Shown here: in pieces, positions 62,916 to 64,000 of the stretch | Numbering within the stretch: the stretch's first letter is position 1 | Layout: every line of letters starts with the position of its first letter | Assembly (NCBI GenBank): GCA_017544285.1 | Contig: JAFYEL010000075.1 | Coordinates: 2,616 to 66,615, forward strand | Direction: 5' to 3' | From: Lachnospiraceae bacterium | GTDB lineage: Bacteria > Bacillota > Clostridia > Lachnospirales > Lachnospiraceae | Length of the DNA: 64,000 bases | Translations under genes and position numbers: made by a program | The notes under the pieces: model-generated | Databases searched by the model: none | What the model was told of the DNA's origin: nothing | What the model saw: only the letters and a program-made list of their open reading frames with translations

Positions 62916-63410
62916 ATGAAAGATAACGCGCTTTTGTTCACATACAGGTACAGAGTGAAAACCTCCGACCTGTGGCAGGCCTCCATGTATTATGCCTATT
63001 CATCATACATGGGGGTGGTCAATATGATCTTTATCATATCCTCGGCTGCACTGATAGTCAGCAGATGGAAAGATGCCTCGGATATGTTCAGGGCGGTTAT
63101 GCTGCTCATGCTGCTCATGTTTACGGTCATACAGCCTCTGATCATTTGGATGCGTGCCGGTGCATCTCTGAAGGGAGTGTTTCCGGAGCTCGAGCTCTCT
63201 GTTTCAAGGGAGGGCATTACCATAGCCGCCGACGGACAGCGGCAGCTGAAAACATGGGATAAGGTAAAGGGGATCGTAAAGAAGCCCACACTGATAGTGA
63301 TCTACATGTCGGACGGAAACGGATACATATTGAGGAACAGCGTGCTGAAAGATACTCGCGGTGATCTGTACGGATTTGTGAATGAAATGCTCGGGAACCA
63401 TAAAAAATGA
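62916..63410 (+). CDS. YcxB-like small membrane protein
   Basis: Two TM helices after 'FTYRYRVKTSDLWQASMYY', then a C-terminal soluble part 'W..V..IVKKPTLIVIYMSDGNGYILRNSVL', typical of YcxB-family proteins. Confidence 0.5.
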   Translation: MKDNALLFTYRYRVKTSDLWQASMYYAYSSYMGVVNMIFIISSAALIVSRWKDASDMFRAVMLLMLLMFTVIQPLIIWMRAGASLKGVFPELELSVSREGITIAADGQRQLKTWDKVKGIVKKPTLIVIYMSDGNGYILRNSVLKDTRGDLYGFVNEMLGNHKK

Positions 63411-63434
63411 AGATTAACTGAAGACAGGAATAGG

Positions 63435-64000
63435 ATGCGGGATTCACTTAACAATCAGACCTATGAGAACATGAGAAGAGACATAATGACACTGGCACTG
63501 ATGCCGGGGGAACCCGTCTCTGCAGCCAGGATCGCGGAGAGATACAATGTCAGCAGAACACCGGCCAGAGAAGCACTGGTAAAGCTGGAAACGGAAGCAC
63601 TGGTAGATATCTATCCCCAGGTCGGCTCCGTGATATCAAAGATCGATGAACGCAGGGCCATGCAGGAGTGGTTCGTGAGAAAAACCCTGGAAATGGGAGT
63701 GATCGACGGCTTTTTCGAAAAGGTGACCGATGCTGATATTCCTCAAATGCGGGAGTACTGCCAGATGATGGAAAAGGTTTCGGATAAGCTGGAAGATCCC
63801 CACATGACCTTCGAATATCTGAGATGTGACAACATGTTTCACTCCATGGCTTTTCTCGTAGCGGGGCAGGATCTTGCTTCACAGATAGTCGGAAATACCA
63901 TGACACATTACAACCGGGTCAGACTGCTTGTGGATATGGAAAACGCAAACAAGAAAAGGACCCTGACCGGTCATGAAAAGCTGATAAAATGCATAGAAAA
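63435..64000 (+). CDS. GntR-family transcriptional regulator (FadR/FCD-type), 3'-truncated by window edge
   Basis: Not in the ORF track because no stop falls within the window. It reads MRDSLNNQTYENMRRDIMTLALMPGEPVSAARIAERYNVSRTPAREALVKLETEALVDIYPQVGSVISKID (winged HTH), then a helical FCD-like region open to base 64000. Confidence 0.8.
   Translation, partial: MRDSLNNQTYENMRRDIMTLALMPGEPVSAARIAERYNVSRTPAREALVKLETEALVDIYPQVGSVISKIDERRAMQEWFVRKTLEMGVIDGFFEKVTDADIPQMREYCQMMEKVSDKLEDPHMTFEYLRCDNMFHSMAFLVAGQDLASQIVGNTMTHYNRVRLLVDMENANKKRTLTGHEKLIKCIE

Noticed and set aside
1-64000. Search for rRNA, tRNA, IS elements, integrases and prophage genes
   Set aside because: The intergenic regions are short (mostly <300 bp), and none showed tRNA-like cloverleaf arms or rRNA-like conserved stretches by eye. 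No DDE transposase, tyrosine or serine recombinase, or phage structural signatures were recognised in any frame. A covariance-model scan (tRNAscan/Infernal) would be needed for formal exclusion.

Overview
The window is a densely coding, mid-50s % GC chromosome segment of a Clostridia-type Firmicute; the SCIFF scfA/scfB pair is a class marker. I saw no rRNA, tRNA, CRISPR array, transposase or integrase.

Gene order:
- Truncated histidine phosphatase.
- MacAB-type exporter (adaptor, permease, ATPase).
- SCIFF ranthipeptide precursor plus radical-SAM maturase.
- secDF.
- A two-gene module: an MshEN-like/CheX-like fusion followed by a CheY-like receiver.
- cotH.
- The conserved housekeeping block murE-priA-def-fmt-rsmB-rlmN-(antisense lipoprotein)-stp-pknB-rsgA-rpe. 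An FAD oxidoreductase and a radical-SAM/SPASM enzyme are appended to it, and a convergent CgeB-like glycosyltransferase follows.
- A ~19-kb run of four very large proteins: a 972-aa coiled-coil protein with no signal peptide, an 1855-aa duplicated solenoid protein, a 2294-aa triple-GH43/LamG/AbfB enzyme, and a 1117-aa LamG/Ig protein.
- An AT-richer pseudo-receiver gene.
- An operon joining a tandem cNMP-binding protein, a TIM-barrel enzyme and a PAS-class III cyclase to TrkH/TrkA.
- A MoxR-like AAA+/VWA-DUF2201 pair.
- A ~2.2-kb AT-richer cassette bounded by an exact 15-bp direct repeat. It carries two tiny ORFs and a NERD-nuclease/P-loop NTPase.
- Flavin reductase, a TRAP transporter, a YcxB-like protein and a truncated GntR regulator.

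Most interesting candidates:
1. The cyclic-nucleotide/K+ operon. Its cyclase carries guanylate-cyclase-like Glu/Gly specificity residues.
2. The repeat-flanked NERD-NTPase cassette, a defence-like single-gene island.
3. The MshEN-repeat/CheX fusion with an orphan CheY.
4. The MoxR/VWA pair, whose peptidase motif is degenerate.
5. The signal-peptide-less coiled-coil protein together with its divergent CgeB-like glycosyltransferase, the radical-SAM enzyme and the FAD enzyme.

All domain calls are by-eye motif recognition. No searches were run.
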